Part shown: piece after piece, positions 32,333 to 46,534 of the stretch
How the letters are laid out: the number at the start of each line of letters is the position of its first letter
Numbering within the stretch: the first letter of the stretch is position 1
Assembly: GCA_944332435.1 (NCBI GenBank)
Contig: CALVJW010000005.1
Coordinates: forward strand, 1 to 57,636
Direction: 5' to 3'
From: an uncultured Bacilli bacterium
GTDB lineage: Bacteria > Bacillota_I > Bacilli_A > RF39 > UBA660
DNA length: 57,636 nt
Translations under genes and position numbers: made by a program
Notes under the pieces: generated by a model
The model's input: only the letters and a program-made list of their open reading frames with translations
Told to the model about the DNA's origin: nothing
Databases searched by the model: none

Positions 32333-32992
32333 ATGAAAGGCGAGCTGAATTATGTTGAAGCAATTGCAACGATTTTCACTGTTATGAATAGTGAAATTTG
32401 TGTATTACTTCAAAAAAATAAAAAAGAACCATATAAAGGGTATTGGATTTTACCTAGTAAAATGATTAAGAAAGATATTTCTTTAGAAGAAACAATTTCT
32501 TCTTGCTTAGAAGAACAAGCTGGACTACCAGTAACTTTTATCAAAGAAGGAAATACTTTTAGTGCAGTAGATCGTAAAGTAGAGAAACGTGTAATTGGAA
32601 TTAATCATGTTTGTTTGGTAGATAGTAAAACCGTAGAGTTGAAACAAAGAGAAATTTCTAAAGAAGAATTAGACTGGTTTCCTATTCGTAATTTACCAAA
32701 AGTAGGATTTGATAATTTAGATATTATTGAGTCTTCTATTCAACAATTGCAAACATTGTTAATGAATAAAATAGGGTTAAAGTATTTATTTCCTAGCGAC
32801 TTCTCTTTACCTGAAATGCAACGGGTATATGAATCTGCACTAGGACACCCTTTAGATAGGCGTAACTTTAGAAAGCGTTTTATGCAAAATGATTTAATTG
32901 AAGAAACAGGTTATAAAACAGAGGGAACAACGGGAAGACCTGCTAAATTATATCGTTTAAAAGAAATTGAAGAGGAACCAAAAATATTTTAG
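32333..32992 (+). CDS. nrtR: NrtR-family Nudix/wHTH transcriptional regulator
   Basis: EPYKGYWILP...FSLPEMQRVYE...LDRRNFRK...GRPAKLY. ATG at 32333 after AAGGAG. Confidence 0.85.
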   Translation: MKGELNYVEAIATIFTVMNSEICVLLQKNKKEPYKGYWILPSKMIKKDISLEETISSCLEEQAGLPVTFIKEGNTFSAVDRKVEKRVIGINHVCLVDSKTVELKQREISKEELDWFPIRNLPKVGFDNLDIIESSIQQLQTLLMNKIGLKYLFPSDFSLPEMQRVYESALGHPLDRRNFRKRFMQNDLIEETGYKTEGTTGRPAKLYRLKEIEEEPKIF

Positions 32993-32998
32993 AAGAAG

Positions 32999-33478
32999 GT
33001 GAAGAAAATGAATGAAAAGGGATTTGGACAAGTAGATGTTATCGCATTTATTTTCGTGATATTACTTTCTATTACGATTGTCTCTATTTTATATCATCAA
33101 TTAGAGACTGATTATCCTAGTATTTCTGCTGATATTCCAGCGACTGATTTCACTAAAGTAGAAGAAGACGATCGTTTAGAAGCAGAAAAAGCAATTCACG
33201 CTAGTACTTATCAAGAATTAGAAGATAAGATTGCAGAAAAAAGTATTACATATTTTAAAACAAATAGTACTACGAATAATATAGAGAGTGTTACTTTACA
33301 AAAATTGATTCAAAATGATTATATTCCTACTATTTATTCAATAGAAGATTCTGAAATTGATTGTTTAGGATATGTAGAATATGATAAAACAGATGAGAAG
33401 TATACAACGTATTTAAGATGTGGTACTCTTTATGAGACAAGTGGATATGATATGACAAAAGAGGTTAATGAAAATTAA
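32999..33478 (+). CDS. Pilin/pseudopilin-like protein
   Basis: NEKGF-GQVD plus hydrophobic helix. C-terminal C-x-GYV...YLRCG pair. Confidence 0.6.
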   Translation: MKKMNEKGFGQVDVIAFIFVILLSITIVSILYHQLETDYPSISADIPATDFTKVEEDDRLEAEKAIHASTYQELEDKIAEKSITYFKTNSTTNNIESVTLQKLIQNDYIPTIYSIEDSEIDCLGYVEYDKTDEKYTTYLRCGTLYETSGYDMTKEVNEN

Positions 33479-33629
33479 CTTCTTTTTTAGAATGTATAGA
33501 AATTTATTGACATACATAGTATTAAGTGGTATATTATTATTGCGTTTAATTAAGGTTTACTTAGGTAAATCTTTAATTAAGGGAAAATATGAAACACCTG
33601 GATGTGTGTAGTGGAGAGGAGGATACGAA

Positions 33630-34046
33630 ATGCCTACAATTAATCAATTAGTAAGAAAAGGAAGAAGCAACAAGACTAGAAAAAGTAAAGCACCAGTACT
33701 TGGAATTGGATTTAACAGTAAAGAAAAGAAATATACTAGTTTAAATGCACCACAAAAACGTGGAGTATGTACTCGTGTTGGTACAATGACACCAAAGAAA
33801 CCAAACTCAGCGTTACGTAAATATGCTCGTGTTAGATTAAGTAATAACATGGAAGTAACTGCTTATATTCCTGGAGAAGGACATAACTTACAAGAACACA
33901 GTGTTGTATTAATTCGTGGAGGACGTGTTAAAGACTTAGTCGGAGTACGTTACCATATTATTCGTGGTACATTAGATACTGCTGGAGTTGATGCTCGTCG
34001 TCAAGGTCGTAGTAAATACGGTACGAAAAAACCAAAGAAAAAATAA
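33630..34046 (+). CDS. rpsL: 30S ribosomal protein S12
   Basis: MPTINQLVR and [10 protein letters not shown]. Confidence 0.99.
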   Translation: MPTINQLVRKGRSNKTRKSKAPVLGIGFNSKEKKYTSLNAPQKRGVCTRVGTMTPKKPNSALRKYARVRLSNNMEVTAYIPGEGHNLQEHSVVLIRGGRVKDLVGVRYHIIRGTLDTAGVDARRQGRSKYGTKKPKKK

Positions 34047-34081
34047 TCACTGTTTAAAAATAGAAAAGAAAGGAGAAACCT

Positions 34082-34549
34082 ATGCGTAAAAATCGTGCAG
34101 TAAAAAGAGATGTTTTAGCAGATCCTATTTACAATTCTAAGGTTGTAACAAAATTAATTAATACAATTATGTTAGATGGTAAAAAGGGAAAAGCACAAAC
34201 AATCGTATATAAAGCATTCGATATTGTGAAAGAAAAAACAAACAAAGAACCAATGGAAGTTTTTGAAGCTGCTATGGAAAACATCAAACCAGCATTAAAA
34301 ATTAAAACTCGTCGTGTTGGTGGGGCAAACTACCAAGTACCGATGGAAGTTAGAGCAGATGAAGCTCAAACATTAGCTCTTCGTTGGTTAAAAGAAAATG
34401 CTCGTAACCGTGGTGGTCATTCAATGGCTGAAAAATTAGCAAACGAAATCGTTGATGCTAGTAATGGAATCGGTGGAGCTGTTAAAAAACGTGAAGATAC
34501 TCACAGAATGGCTGAAGCTAATAAAGCATTCGCTCATTACCGTTGGTAA
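34082..34549 (+). CDS. rpsG: 30S ribosomal protein S7
   Basis: [11 protein letters not shown] and [13 protein letters not shown]. Confidence 0.99.
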   Translation: MRKNRAVKRDVLADPIYNSKVVTKLINTIMLDGKKGKAQTIVYKAFDIVKEKTNKEPMEVFEAAMENIKPALKIKTRRVGGANYQVPMEVRADEAQTLALRWLKENARNRGGHSMAEKLANEIVDASNGIGGAVKKREDTHRMAEANKAFAHYRW

Positions 34550-34576
34550 TCAATTATAAGAAAGGAAATAGAGAAT

Positions 34577-36649
34577 ATGGCTCGTGAATATAGTTTAGAA
34601 AATACACGTAACTTCGGTATCATGGCTCACATCGATGCTGGAAAAACAACTTGTTCAGAACGTATCTTATTCCATACAGGTAAAATTCACAAGATTGGGG
34701 AAACTCATGATGGTGAAGGAACTATGGACTGGATGGAACAAGAACAAGAACGTGGAATCACGATTACATCAGCAGCTACAACTGCTTTCTGGAAAGGTCA
34801 TAGATTAAATATTATCGATACTCCAGGTCACGTAGACTTTACAGTTGAAGTATTACGTTCTCTTCGTGTACTTGATGGTGCTGTAGCGTTACTAGATACA
34901 CAAGCAGGAGTTGAACCTCAAACAGAAACAGTATGGCGTCAAGCTGATGAATACAAAGTACCTCGTATTATCTTCTGTAATAAGATGGATAAAATGGGAG
35001 CTGACTTTGAATATTGTTTAACAACAATTAAAGATCGTTTAGGAGTTAACTTTGCTCCAATTGAATGGCCAATTGGTGCTGAAAGTGAATTTAAATCTAT
35101 CATTGATTTAGTAACTTTAAAATGTTATCAATATGATAGAGAACAAGCTGAAAATGCTGTAGAAATTGAAATTCCTGATGATTTTAAAGACATCGCTGAA
35201 GAAAAACGTGCTGAATTAATTGAAGCAGTTGCTGAATTCGACGATGAATTAATGAATCTTTACTTAGAGGGTGAAGAAATCCCAGTAGATATGTTAAAAC
35301 GTGCAATTCGTCGTGGTACTCTTGGTGCTAAATTCTTCCCAGTAATGTGTGGAACAGCATTAGGAAATACTGGAATTAAATTATTACTTGATGCAGTAAT
35401 TGATTACTTACCTGCACCAACTGATATTGAATCAGTAAAAGGAACTGATTTAAATGGAGATGAAATTGTTCGTCATCCATCTGATTCAGAACCATTTAGT
35501 GCATTAGCATTCAAGGTAATGACTGACCCTTATGTTGGAAGATTAACATTCTTCCGTGTTTACTCAGGACACTTAAATAGTGGTTCTTATGTATTAAATT
35601 CAAATAAAGATGCAAAAGAACGTATTGGTCGTATTCTACAAATGCATGCTAATAATCGTACAGAAATTAGTGAAGTATTTGCTGGAGATATTGCTGCTGC
35701 AGTAGGTCTTAAAAATACGACAACAGGGGATACTTTATGTGATGAAAAGAAACCAATTATCTTAGAATCAATGGTATTCTCAGAACCAGTTATTGAACTT
35801 GCAATTGAACCTAAATCAAAAGGTGATCAAGATAAGATGGGAATTGCTTTACAAAAATTAAGTGAAGAAGATCCAACATTTAGAGCAAGTACAAACCATG
35901 AAACTGGTCAAACAATTATTGCAGGTATGGGTGAACTTCACCTAGATATCATTGTAGACCGTATGAAAAGAGAATTTGGTGTTGAAGCAAATATTGGTCA
36001 ACCTCAAGTATCTTATCGTGAAACATTAACACAAGCTGCAGAATGTGAAGGAAAATATATTAAACAATCTGGTGGACGTGGACAATATGGACATGTATGG
36101 ATTAAATTTGAACCAAATCCAGATAAAGGATATGAATTCGTTGATGCAGTTGTTGGTGGAGTAGTTCCTCGTGAATATATTCCAGTAACAGATAAAGGTT
36201 TACAAGATGCAATGAAAACTGGAGTTCTTGCTGGATACCCTATGGTAGACGTAAAAGCAACATTATTCGATGGTTCTTACCACGATGTAGACTCTAGTGA
36301 AATGGCATTCAAAGTTGCTGCAAGTCTAGCTCTTAAAGAAGCTAAAAATAAATGTAAACCAGTACTATTAGAACCAATTATGAAAGTTCAAGTAGTAGTA
36401 CCTGATGAATACTTAGGAAACGTTATGGGAGATATTACTTCTCGTCGTGGACGTCCACTAGGGCAAGAATCTCGTGGTAATGCCCTTGCAATTGATGCAA
36501 TGGTACCACTATCAGAAATGTTTGGTTATGCTACAAGTTTACGTAGTAATACACAAGGTCGTGGAAACTTTTCAATGGTATTTGACCATTATGAAGAAAC
36601 ACCTAAAAACATTGCTGATGAAATTATTAAGAAAAATGGTGGAAATTAA
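34577..36649 (+). CDS. fusA: Elongation factor G
   Basis: [17 protein letters not shown] and GMGELHL. Confidence 0.99.
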   Translation: MAREYSLENTRNFGIMAHIDAGKTTCSERILFHTGKIHKIGETHDGEGTMDWMEQEQERGITITSAATTAFWKGHRLNIIDTPGHVDFTVEVLRSLRVLDGAVALLDTQAGVEPQTETVWRQADEYKVPRIIFCNKMDKMGADFEYCLTTIKDRLGVNFAPIEWPIGAESEFKSIIDLVTLKCYQYDREQAENAVEIEIPDDFKDIAEEKRAELIEAVAEFDDELMNLYLEGEEIPVDMLKRAIRRGTLGAKFFPVMCGTALGNTGIKLLLDAVIDYLPAPTDIESVKGTDLNGDEIVRHPSDSEPFSALAFKVMTDPYVGRLTFFRVYSGHLNSGSYVLNSNKDAKERIGRILQMHANNRTEISEVFAGDIAAAVGLKNTTTGDTLCDEKKPIILESMVFSEPVIELAIEPKSKGDQDKMGIALQKLSEEDPTFRASTNHETGQTIIAGMGELHLDIIVDRMKREFGVEANIGQPQVSYRETLTQAAECEGKYIKQSGGRGQYGHVWIKFEPNPDKGYEFVDAVVGGVVPREYIPVTDKGLQDAMKTGVLAGYPMVDVKATLFDGSYHDVDSSEMAFKVAASLALKEAKNKCKPVLLEPIMKVQVVVPDEYLGNVMGDITSRRGRPLGQESRGNALAIDAMVPLSEMFGYATSLRSNTQGRGNFSMVFDHYEETPKNIADEIIKKNGGN

Positions 36650-36775
36650 TTAGGTAGGGGTGAATCCCTTCCTGATTATTTCAATAAAGATAGTAAAATT
36701 ACTGAAAAATACTTGATATTTTAAGTGATTTTCTATAAAATAATAATTGTAGATAAATAAAGGAGGAAATTTAAT

Positions 36776-37960
36776 ATGGCAAAAGAAAAATTTGACCGTT
36801 CGTTACCACATATGAATATTGGTACAATTGGACACGTAGACCACGGTAAAACAACTTTAACTGCTGCTATTACAAAAGTATTATCTGACAAAGGATATGC
36901 TCAATTCGAAGATTATGCTAATATCGATAAAGCACCAGAAGAAAGAGAACGTGGAATTACAATTAACACTGCTCACGTAGAATATCGTACTGACAAACGT
37001 CACTACGCTCACGTAGACTGTCCAGGACACGCTGACTATGTAAAGAACATGATTACAGGAGCAGCTCAAATGGATGGAGCAATCTTAGTTATTGCTGCAA
37101 CTGATGGACCTATGGCACAAACTCGTGAACACATCTTACTTGCTCGTCAAGTTGGAGTACCTCGTATGGTAGTATTCATGAACAAATGTGATATGGTTGA
37201 TGATGAAGAATTATTAGACTTAGTTGAAATGGAAATTCGTGAATTATTAAGCGAATACGGATTCGACGGAGACAACACTCCAATCGTTCGTGGATCAGCA
37301 TTAAAAGCTCTTGAAGGAGAACAAAAATATGTTGATGCAATTAATGAATTAATGGATGCTGTTGATAACTGGATTGAAGATCCTGTTAGAGAAAATGACA
37401 AACCATTCTTAATGCCAATTGAAGACGTTTTCACAATTACAGGTCGTGGAACTGTTGTTACAGGACGTGTTGAACGTGGTCAATTAAGACTTAATGATGA
37501 AGTTGAAATCGTTGGTATTAAAGAAACTCAAAAAGCTGTTGTTACAGGAATTGAAATGTTCCGTAAACAATTAGACTACACTGAAGCAGGAGACAATACT
37601 GGATTATTACTACGTGGTATTGCTCGTGAAGATGTTGAACGTGGTCAAGTAATAGCTAAACCAGGAAGTGTTACTCCACATAAAAAATTCAAAGCTCAAG
37701 TTTATGTACTTAGCAAAGAAGAAGGTGGACGTCATACTCCATTCTTCAGTAACTACCGTCCACAATTCTATTTCAGAACTACAGACGTTACAGGAGTTAT
37801 TGAATTACCAGAAGGTGTAGAAATGGTTATGCCTGGTGATAACGTTGAAATGACAGTTGAATTAATTGCTCCTATCGCTGTTGAAAATGGAACAAAGTTC
37901 TCTATTCGTGAAGGTGGTAGAACAGTTGGTGCTGGTAACGTTACAGAAATTATTGAATAA
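36776..37960 (+). CDS. tuf: Elongation factor Tu
   Basis: GHVDHGKTT and [15 protein letters not shown]. Confidence 0.99.
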   Translation: MAKEKFDRSLPHMNIGTIGHVDHGKTTLTAAITKVLSDKGYAQFEDYANIDKAPEERERGITINTAHVEYRTDKRHYAHVDCPGHADYVKNMITGAAQMDGAILVIAATDGPMAQTREHILLARQVGVPRMVVFMNKCDMVDDEELLDLVEMEIRELLSEYGFDGDNTPIVRGSALKALEGEQKYVDAINELMDAVDNWIEDPVRENDKPFLMPIEDVFTITGRGTVVTGRVERGQLRLNDEVEIVGIKETQKAVVTGIEMFRKQLDYTEAGDNTGLLLRGIAREDVERGQVIAKPGSVTPHKKFKAQVYVLSKEEGGRHTPFFSNYRPQFYFRTTDVTGVIELPEGVEMVMPGDNVEMTVELIAPIAVENGTKFSIREGGRTVGAGNVTEIIE

Positions 37961-37973
37961 TTACTAGTAAAAT

Positions 37974-38006
37974 AAAATAGATTACAATTTGTAATCTATT
38001 TTTTTT
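37974..38006. terminator. Bidirectional terminator
   Basis: aaaatagattaca-att-tgtaatctatttt. Confidence 0.85.
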
Positions 38007-38433
38007 ATTGTCTAGTTAGTGTTCCATCAGGATTAATTTGAAACGAGAAACGATAAATTTTCATATGACCACCAACAACATTTCCTTTGGTATCAAACTT
38101 AATTACTCCGGAACTTGGATAATGGTCAATGATTCCGACATAAATATATTCTCGATAACTAATTTTACAAAAACGGGGATTGTTGCCAACTTTGCATTGT
38201 CTTGGTGATTTATAATTACTATTTTGGTTCATATTTATTTTAATATCATTTTCTACAGCAGTAATGTAGTGTTTAATTGATGTTTCAGCTTCTTCTACGT
38301 GTTCTTCGGTTAAAATATAAAGAGTTTGGTTCTGTAATTGTTGTTCAATTGGCTTAATAACTTTTTTTAAAACATATAAGAAACCACCAAATAAGAAGCA
38401 TCCTAATAATACCATACCAAGTAATTGTTTCAT
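38005..38433 (-). CDS. Hypothetical membrane-anchored protein, possibly pilin-like
   Basis: N-terminal TM, helix and Cys pair. SD GAGGTG. Confidence 0.6.
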   Translation of the reverse strand: MKQLLGMVLLGCFLFGGFLYVLKKVIKPIEQQLQNQTLYILTEEHVEEAETSIKHYITAVENDIKINMNQNSNYKSPRQCKVGNNPRFCKISYREYIYVGIIDHYPSSGVIKFDTKGNVVGGHMKIYRFSFQINPDGTLTRQ

Positions 38434-38497
38434 TTCATCACCTCAATCAATTTTAGTATACCCAAAAATAATAAAAAAATAATTTCATGTATGGAAA

Positions 38498-39769
38498 TTA
38501 TTTTTTTAAAATATTTCTAATTGGTGACATATTACGATATAGTCGGTATAGCATCCGATTTGTAATCAATTCTAAGTCGCCCATGTATTCATATACTTGA
38601 GGATTAAAACTCAATTTAAACTGATTTAAACCTTGATAAGGATTATCTTTTACATTCATTGCGGTCATACCACCTAAATTAAATTTTTTATACCCTAATT
38701 TAGAATATCGTTCCACGAGTTGCCAAATTAAAAAGTTTTTAGAATGAAAATATTTAAAACGATTATCATAGCCATCGGCTAAAATTCTTACCTCGTCTTT
38801 GTGAAGAGATACCATAATTGAGGCAGTAATTAAACCATCGGGAAATTCAGCAAGTAAATTAGTAGCACTGATTAAATTTTTTTGACAGTTAGCAAATTCT
38901 AAATCTAATTTCATTTTTTTATTTAATAAATGACTTTTCTTATTTTCATCCGCTTTTTGAATTAATTGATTAATTTGCCATACTTTTGCTTCATAGTATT
39001 CATATTGCTGTTTTACTGTTTTTAAATAATGTTCCGTATTAACTTTAGCATAAAAGAATTCAACCATATTCTTTTTTTTCATATATTCAAAGCAATCTTG
39101 ATAATACTTTAAATCTCTTGGGTATTTGTCCTTTGCTTGCAGATACAAATATTCTAGATTAGATTCATTCCCTTTATAAATTTGTACACCTTTTTTTGCA
39201 GCACTTCTAATTTTTGTACGTACCTGTTTTTTTAAATGTTGAAAAATTTGATAATAAGGTTTGTTTATATCAATAACAGCTTCAAACCTTGGTTTATGAG
39301 CTTCAAAATATAAATTGTAACCCATATGAAAATAGCCATATTTCCTTAATGTTTCATAAATTTTATCATATTGATTATTTTGATAAAGCATCTTTGTTTT
39401 TTCATCATAAATATTGCGTGGAATCATTGGACTAATTTTAATGGCAATTACATCTTTTTTTCCAAGATATTGTTTTAAAGCAATGGTAAAATTTTTTACT
39501 AATTCTTCATTTTGATAATCAATTAAAAACCCTCTTGGAGCATAAGCGTATTTAAAACCATTTAAACGTTCAATTAAAACAAGTGATGCAGCGATTAAAT
39601 TATTCGCATCATCAATATAACCTAGTAATAAACTTTGATAATCCTGATGACTCATAACGAGAGCATATTCAATTGTTTGATAGATACTACTCATCGGATA
39701 TACAGAAGTAAATTGTCTAAATTGATCATTTGTTAACTCTCGTATCTGCATCAAATCATTCCTCTCCAA
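38498..39769 (-). CDS. FemABX/MurMN peptidoglycan bridge aminoacyltransferase
   Basis: YAPRGFLIDY, coiled-coil insert and GLNQFKLSF...EYMGD. Confidence 0.88.
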   Translation of the reverse strand: MERNDLMQIRELTNDQFRQFTSVYPMSSIYQTIEYALVMSHQDYQSLLLGYIDDANNLIAASLVLIERLNGFKYAYAPRGFLIDYQNEELVKNFTIALKQYLGKKDVIAIKISPMIPRNIYDEKTKMLYQNNQYDKIYETLRKYGYFHMGYNLYFEAHKPRFEAVIDINKPYYQIFQHLKKQVRTKIRSAAKKGVQIYKGNESNLEYLYLQAKDKYPRDLKYYQDCFEYMKKKNMVEFFYAKVNTEHYLKTVKQQYEYYEAKVWQINQLIQKADENKKSHLLNKKMKLDLEFANCQKNLISATNLLAEFPDGLITASIMVSLHKDEVRILADGYDNRFKYFHSKNFLIWQLVERYSKLGYKKFNLGGMTAMNVKDNPYQGLNQFKLSFNPQVYEYMGDLELITNRMLYRLYRNMSPIRNILKK

Positions 39770-39906
39770 TTACATTATTATACCATAAATAAAAGAATTA
39801 ATACAAATTTAGTAATATCAAAAAATGTTATTATTTTGGTGTAAAGAAAGATGTCTAATGCTTAACAAGTCAATATTAGAATGTTATAATGTAATAGGGT
39901 GGTAAT

Positions 39907-42481
<2,575 letters not shown>

Positions 42482-42564
42482 ATTTATTTCTCTTTTTTAT
42501 TAGATATCTTGAAAACAAATTCTAAATGTGATACAGTGTAAGAGAAAGTAGAATAGGTGAGAAT

Positions 42565-42942
42565 ATGGTTAAAATGAATGAAAAAGCATTTACTCTAATA
42601 GAATTATTAGCAATTATTGCTATTTTAGCATTGATTGCTTTAATATCAGTTCCTACTATAGGAAATATTATTAATCAAAATAAGGAGAAGACTTATCGAA
42701 ATCAAATTTTTGAAATAGAGCGTGCAACAGAAGGATTTGTAGCTGAAAATATTAGTGAAATATTGCCAGAAAATACTACTTCAGCTAAGTTATCTTTAAC
42801 TTTATTAAAAGAACGAGATGTTATTGAAGAAAAAGATATTATTAATCCAATCAATGGAAGTGTAATGAATGGTTGTGTTACCGTTTCAATGGATGAAAAT
42901 GGTCAATTTCATGCCAAGTATTCAGAAACACCATGTAATTAA
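42565..42942 (+). CDS. Type IV pilin / ComGC-like prepilin
   Basis: KAF-TLIELLAII cleavage/methylation motif. Confidence 0.88.
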   Translation: MVKMNEKAFTLIELLAIIAILALIALISVPTIGNIINQNKEKTYRNQIFEIERATEGFVAENISEILPENTTSAKLSLTLLKERDVIEEKDIINPINGSVMNGCVTVSMDENGQFHAKYSETPCN

Positions 42943-42956
42943 TAAGGAGCGATTAT

Positions 42957-43964
42957 ATGAGAAGAAAAGGATTTACATTAGTAGAGCTACTAGCAGTACT
43001 AACAATTTTTAGTATTATTTGTCTTTTAGCAGTACCACTTATTTTGAATCAAGTAAAAAATAATCAAGAGCAACTTTCCGAAACACAGAAAGAAATTATT
43101 TATCATGCTGCGTATCTTTATTCTGAAGATACATTATTACCAAATCAAACTAGTTGTGTAACATTACAACAGTTAATTGACGCAGATCTATTAGATGATC
43201 CAGTTCAGGATTTAGAAACGGGAACGACTTTAGAACCAGATCGATATGTTAAAATTGTAACAGATGATAAAAATAAAGTAAGTTATGAATTATTAAAAAA
43301 GAGTGAAGTTTGTACTCCAAGTATAAAATAACCTAAATATAATAATGGAACAGTTATTTATTTTAACCCAGAAACGAATCGAAAATGTAGTAGTAGTGAA
43401 GCCGTAAGTACAACTGGAACAAAAACGGGATGTATGAAATGGTATGCATTTAATGATAGTGAAAGTAGTAATAAGGTAAATGCTATTTTAGATCATAATA
43501 CAACGGCAAAAGTACCATGGAATTCTAGTGGAAGCAATGACCAAATGGTTGAAGCAAAAGAAGCACTTATTAAGGATACTAAAACATGGAATAGTAGTTT
43601 ACAACCAAGGTTTATAGATGCAAATGAGATTGCTAAAATAACTGGAAAGACAGGATTTGATGTAGCGGTTTCTGGAGAAGATAATTGGTTTTATTTTGAA
43701 AATAACACACAAACAGCTCCAAGTTTAAGTCAAGGACAAGCAAAATACAAGTGGTTATTTGATTATACAAATAATTGTACTGAAAATGGATGTGCGATAT
43801 CTGATAGTAGTACCGAAGGATACTGGTTAATTAATAGTTCGGCAACACTTATCAATCGTGCATGGGCTGTGTATAAATATGGTACTGTGAATGATGATCT
43901 TGCAGAGTATGATAACTGTGGAGTACGACCTGCTATAACTATTTTAAAATCGCTTCTTTCTTAA
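42957..43964 (+). pseudogene. Type IV pilin fused to CLec/DUF6273-like domain, interrupted by a single in-frame TAA (43329-43331)
   Basis: KGFTLVELL N-terminus. After the TAA the same frame continues (PKYNNGTVIYFNPET...KTGC) straight into the 43434 ORF, which has no clear SD. Confidence 0.8.
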
Positions 43965-43979
43965 AAAAACAAAATGAAA

Positions 43980-44014
43980 TTGTTCAATATCATAAAAGTT
44001 GAACAGCTTTTTTT
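43980..44014 (+). terminator. Terminator
   Basis: tgttcaa...ttgaaca-gc followed by a T run. Confidence 0.6.
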
Positions 44015-44106
44015 ATTGTCTTTTATATTAGTTTTGGCAAAATACTTTTTTCTTTTATAAAAAGTTGGTATAATATAAAAGAAGATAAAAAGAATAGAGG
44101 GATAGT

Positions 44107-46518
44107 ATGGCGAATTTAGGTGAACATTTTAGAGTAAATTATAGCAAAGCAAAAGCAAATCAAAAAAATATTTTTCAAGGAGAAAAATATCGTATTACTG
44201 TTTTGACAGAACGCTTACTCCGTTTAGAATATCATCCAAATGGTAAATTTGAAGATCGTCCAACCCAAATTGTTGAAAAACGTGATTTTCCACAAGCTGA
44301 ATTTCAATATAACGATGATACGGGGATTTTACAAATTGCTACGAAATATTTTCGTATGACTTATGTGAAAGAAAAGCCATTTGAAGGTCCTAAATATAAT
44401 GCTACTGCGAATTTAAGAGTTGAATTATTAAATACGGATCGTATTTGGTATTATAAGCATCCAGAAGTTAGAAATTATGGTACTCCAGGTCTTACGATGG
44501 ATATGACAGATGGTAAAGTAAAATTTAGTAAAGGATTATATTCAGCTGATGGGTTTGCTGCTATTTATGATCATAGTGGAATTGTATATAATGAAGATGG
44601 TTCTATTACTAATAGAGAACCAGGATACGTAGATGTTTATGTTTTCTTGTATTTAAAAGATTTTGCTCAATGTTTAAAAGATTATTTTTATTTAACAGGA
44701 GAGCCTGCTCTAATTCCAAGATTTGCTCTTGGTAGTTGGTGGAGTAGAAATGTTGGATATGATGATCAATCATTAAAAGAGTTAGTTGATAAATTTGAAG
44801 ATGAAGAAATACCACTATCTGTTTTAGTGTTAAACTCTGATTGGCATGAAAAAAATCAACATGGTAAAGAGATTGTAGAATCAGGATTTACTTGGAATCA
44901 AAGTAAATTTCGTAATCCAGCCGGTATGATTGAATATTTACATTCACAAGGAATTCGCGTTGGTTTAGAAATTAATCCTGGTGCTGGAATTTATCCAACG
45001 GAAACTTATTATGATAAAGTAATTAATTATTTACCTACTGATAAAGACGGTGTTGTGGCATTTGATATATTAAATCCCCATTTTTTAGAAGTCTATTTAA
45101 AATTGTTAATTCATCCATTAGATGCCATTGGGGTAGATTTTTATAATATTACTTATCGTGATCCAAATAATCTATCAGGATTATGGGCTTTAAATCATTA
45201 TGAATTTAATGATATGAAACGAGATTATAAACGTCGACCGTTAGTTTTATCTAATAATTCTCTTGTTAATCCTCATAAATATCCAGTATTATATGCAGGA
45301 CGCTCTACTGTAGGTTGGGATACATTAAGAGAAGTGCCATTTTATAATGTAAGTGCTGCTAATAATGGAGTTAGTTTCTTTGCTCATGATATTGGAGGAT
45401 ATTATAAAGGAACAGAAGATAATGAGTTATATACAAGATTCGTTCAATTAGGAACCTTTAGTCCTATTTTAAAATTTGGTAGTGAAGCAGGAAAATATTA
45501 TAAGAGAGAACCTTGGCGTTGGAGTTATAAAACATCACAAATTGTAAAACGTTATTTAACACTGCGTAAAAAATTAATTCCTTATTTATATGCGGAATCT
45601 TATAAATATTATAAATATGGAATGCCACTCGTTATGCCAATTTTCTATAAAGCTCCAGAATACTATGATGATATTCGCTATCGTAATGAATATTATTTAG
45701 GTACAGAATTATTTGTAAGTCCAATTATCCATAAGAAAGATTATGTCATGAATCGTTCCGTTCATAAATTTTATATTCCAGATGGTACTTGGTATGATTT
45801 TATGACTGGAAAGAAATTTCCGGGAGGTAGAGAATATATTTCTTTCTTTAAAGATGAAGATTATCCAGTTTTCGCAAAAGCAGGAGCAATCATCCCACTT
45901 GGTGATAATGAACGGTTAAATGATATTAACCCACCAAAGAATATGGAAATTCATGTTTTCCCTGGTAAAAGTAATCAATATAATTTATATGAAGATGATG
46001 GAGTAAGTGATTTATATAAACGTGGATTTTATCTACTTACTGCGATTGAATATAATTACTTACCAAGTAATTATACGATGATTATTCGCTCTATGGAAGG
46101 AAAAAGTGGAATTGTACCAGATAAGAGAAATTATAAAGTTCGTTTTCGTAATACAAAACAAGCAAATGATGTAGTTGTTTACTTTAATAATGAAAAACTA
46201 GAATGTAAGTCTTATGTGGATGGTCCTGACTTTATTGTAGAAGTAGAAAATATTCCATCTATTGGACAACTTACTATTAATTGTAAGGGAAAAGACATTG
46301 AAATTGATGCGGTTCGTTTGATTAATGATGACATTGAATCAATTATTAGTGATCTAGAATTACAAACAGAAATGAAAGAACGAATTGATCGAATTTTATT
46401 CAGTGATGCACCAATTAAGAAAAAACGTATTGGTATTCGTAAATTAGGAAGAAAAGGATTAGAAAAGAAATTTATTAAATTATTCTTAAATTTACTTGAA
46501 TATATTGGACAAGTATAA
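44107..46518 (+). CDS. GH31-family protein with degenerate catalytic motifs
   Basis: YRITVLTERLLRLEY, GSWWSR, HDIGGY, LIPYLY and YEDDG. Confidence 0.85.
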   Translation: MANLGEHFRVNYSKAKANQKNIFQGEKYRITVLTERLLRLEYHPNGKFEDRPTQIVEKRDFPQAEFQYNDDTGILQIATKYFRMTYVKEKPFEGPKYNATANLRVELLNTDRIWYYKHPEVRNYGTPGLTMDMTDGKVKFSKGLYSADGFAAIYDHSGIVYNEDGSITNREPGYVDVYVFLYLKDFAQCLKDYFYLTGEPALIPRFALGSWWSRNVGYDDQSLKELVDKFEDEEIPLSVLVLNSDWHEKNQHGKEIVESGFTWNQSKFRNPAGMIEYLHSQGIRVGLEINPGAGIYPTETYYDKVINYLPTDKDGVVAFDILNPHFLEVYLKLLIHPLDAIGVDFYNITYRDPNNLSGLWALNHYEFNDMKRDYKRRPLVLSNNSLVNPHKYPVLYAGRSTVGWDTLREVPFYNVSAANNGVSFFAHDIGGYYKGTEDNELYTRFVQLGTFSPILKFGSEAGKYYKREPWRWSYKTSQIVKRYLTLRKKLIPYLYAESYKYYKYGMPLVMPIFYKAPEYYDDIRYRNEYYLGTELFVSPIIHKKDYVMNRSVHKFYIPDGTWYDFMTGKKFPGGREYISFFKDEDYPVFAKAGAIIPLGDNERLNDINPPKNMEIHVFPGKSNQYNLYEDDGVSDLYKRGFYLLTAIEYNYLPSNYTMIIRSMEGKSGIVPDKRNYKVRFRNTKQANDVVVYFNNEKLECKSYVDGPDFIVEVENIPSIGQLTINCKGKDIEIDAVRLINDDIESIISDLELQTEMKERIDRILFSDAPIKKKRIGIRKLGRKGLEKKFIKLFLNLLEYIGQV

Positions 46519-46534
46519 TATAATATACTAAGTA

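Noticed and set aside
43329-43331. Stop-codon reassignment
   Set aside because: TAA, TAG and TGA all end conserved genes at expected positions, and Trp is TGG.
43434-43964. Standalone gene starting at MKWYAF
   Set aside because: The Met is internal. The upstream frame is open and homologous to the paralog at base 1.
43800-43964. Possible DGR template repeat for 451-603
   Set aside because: It is coding, and differences from the first copy are not confined to adenines.
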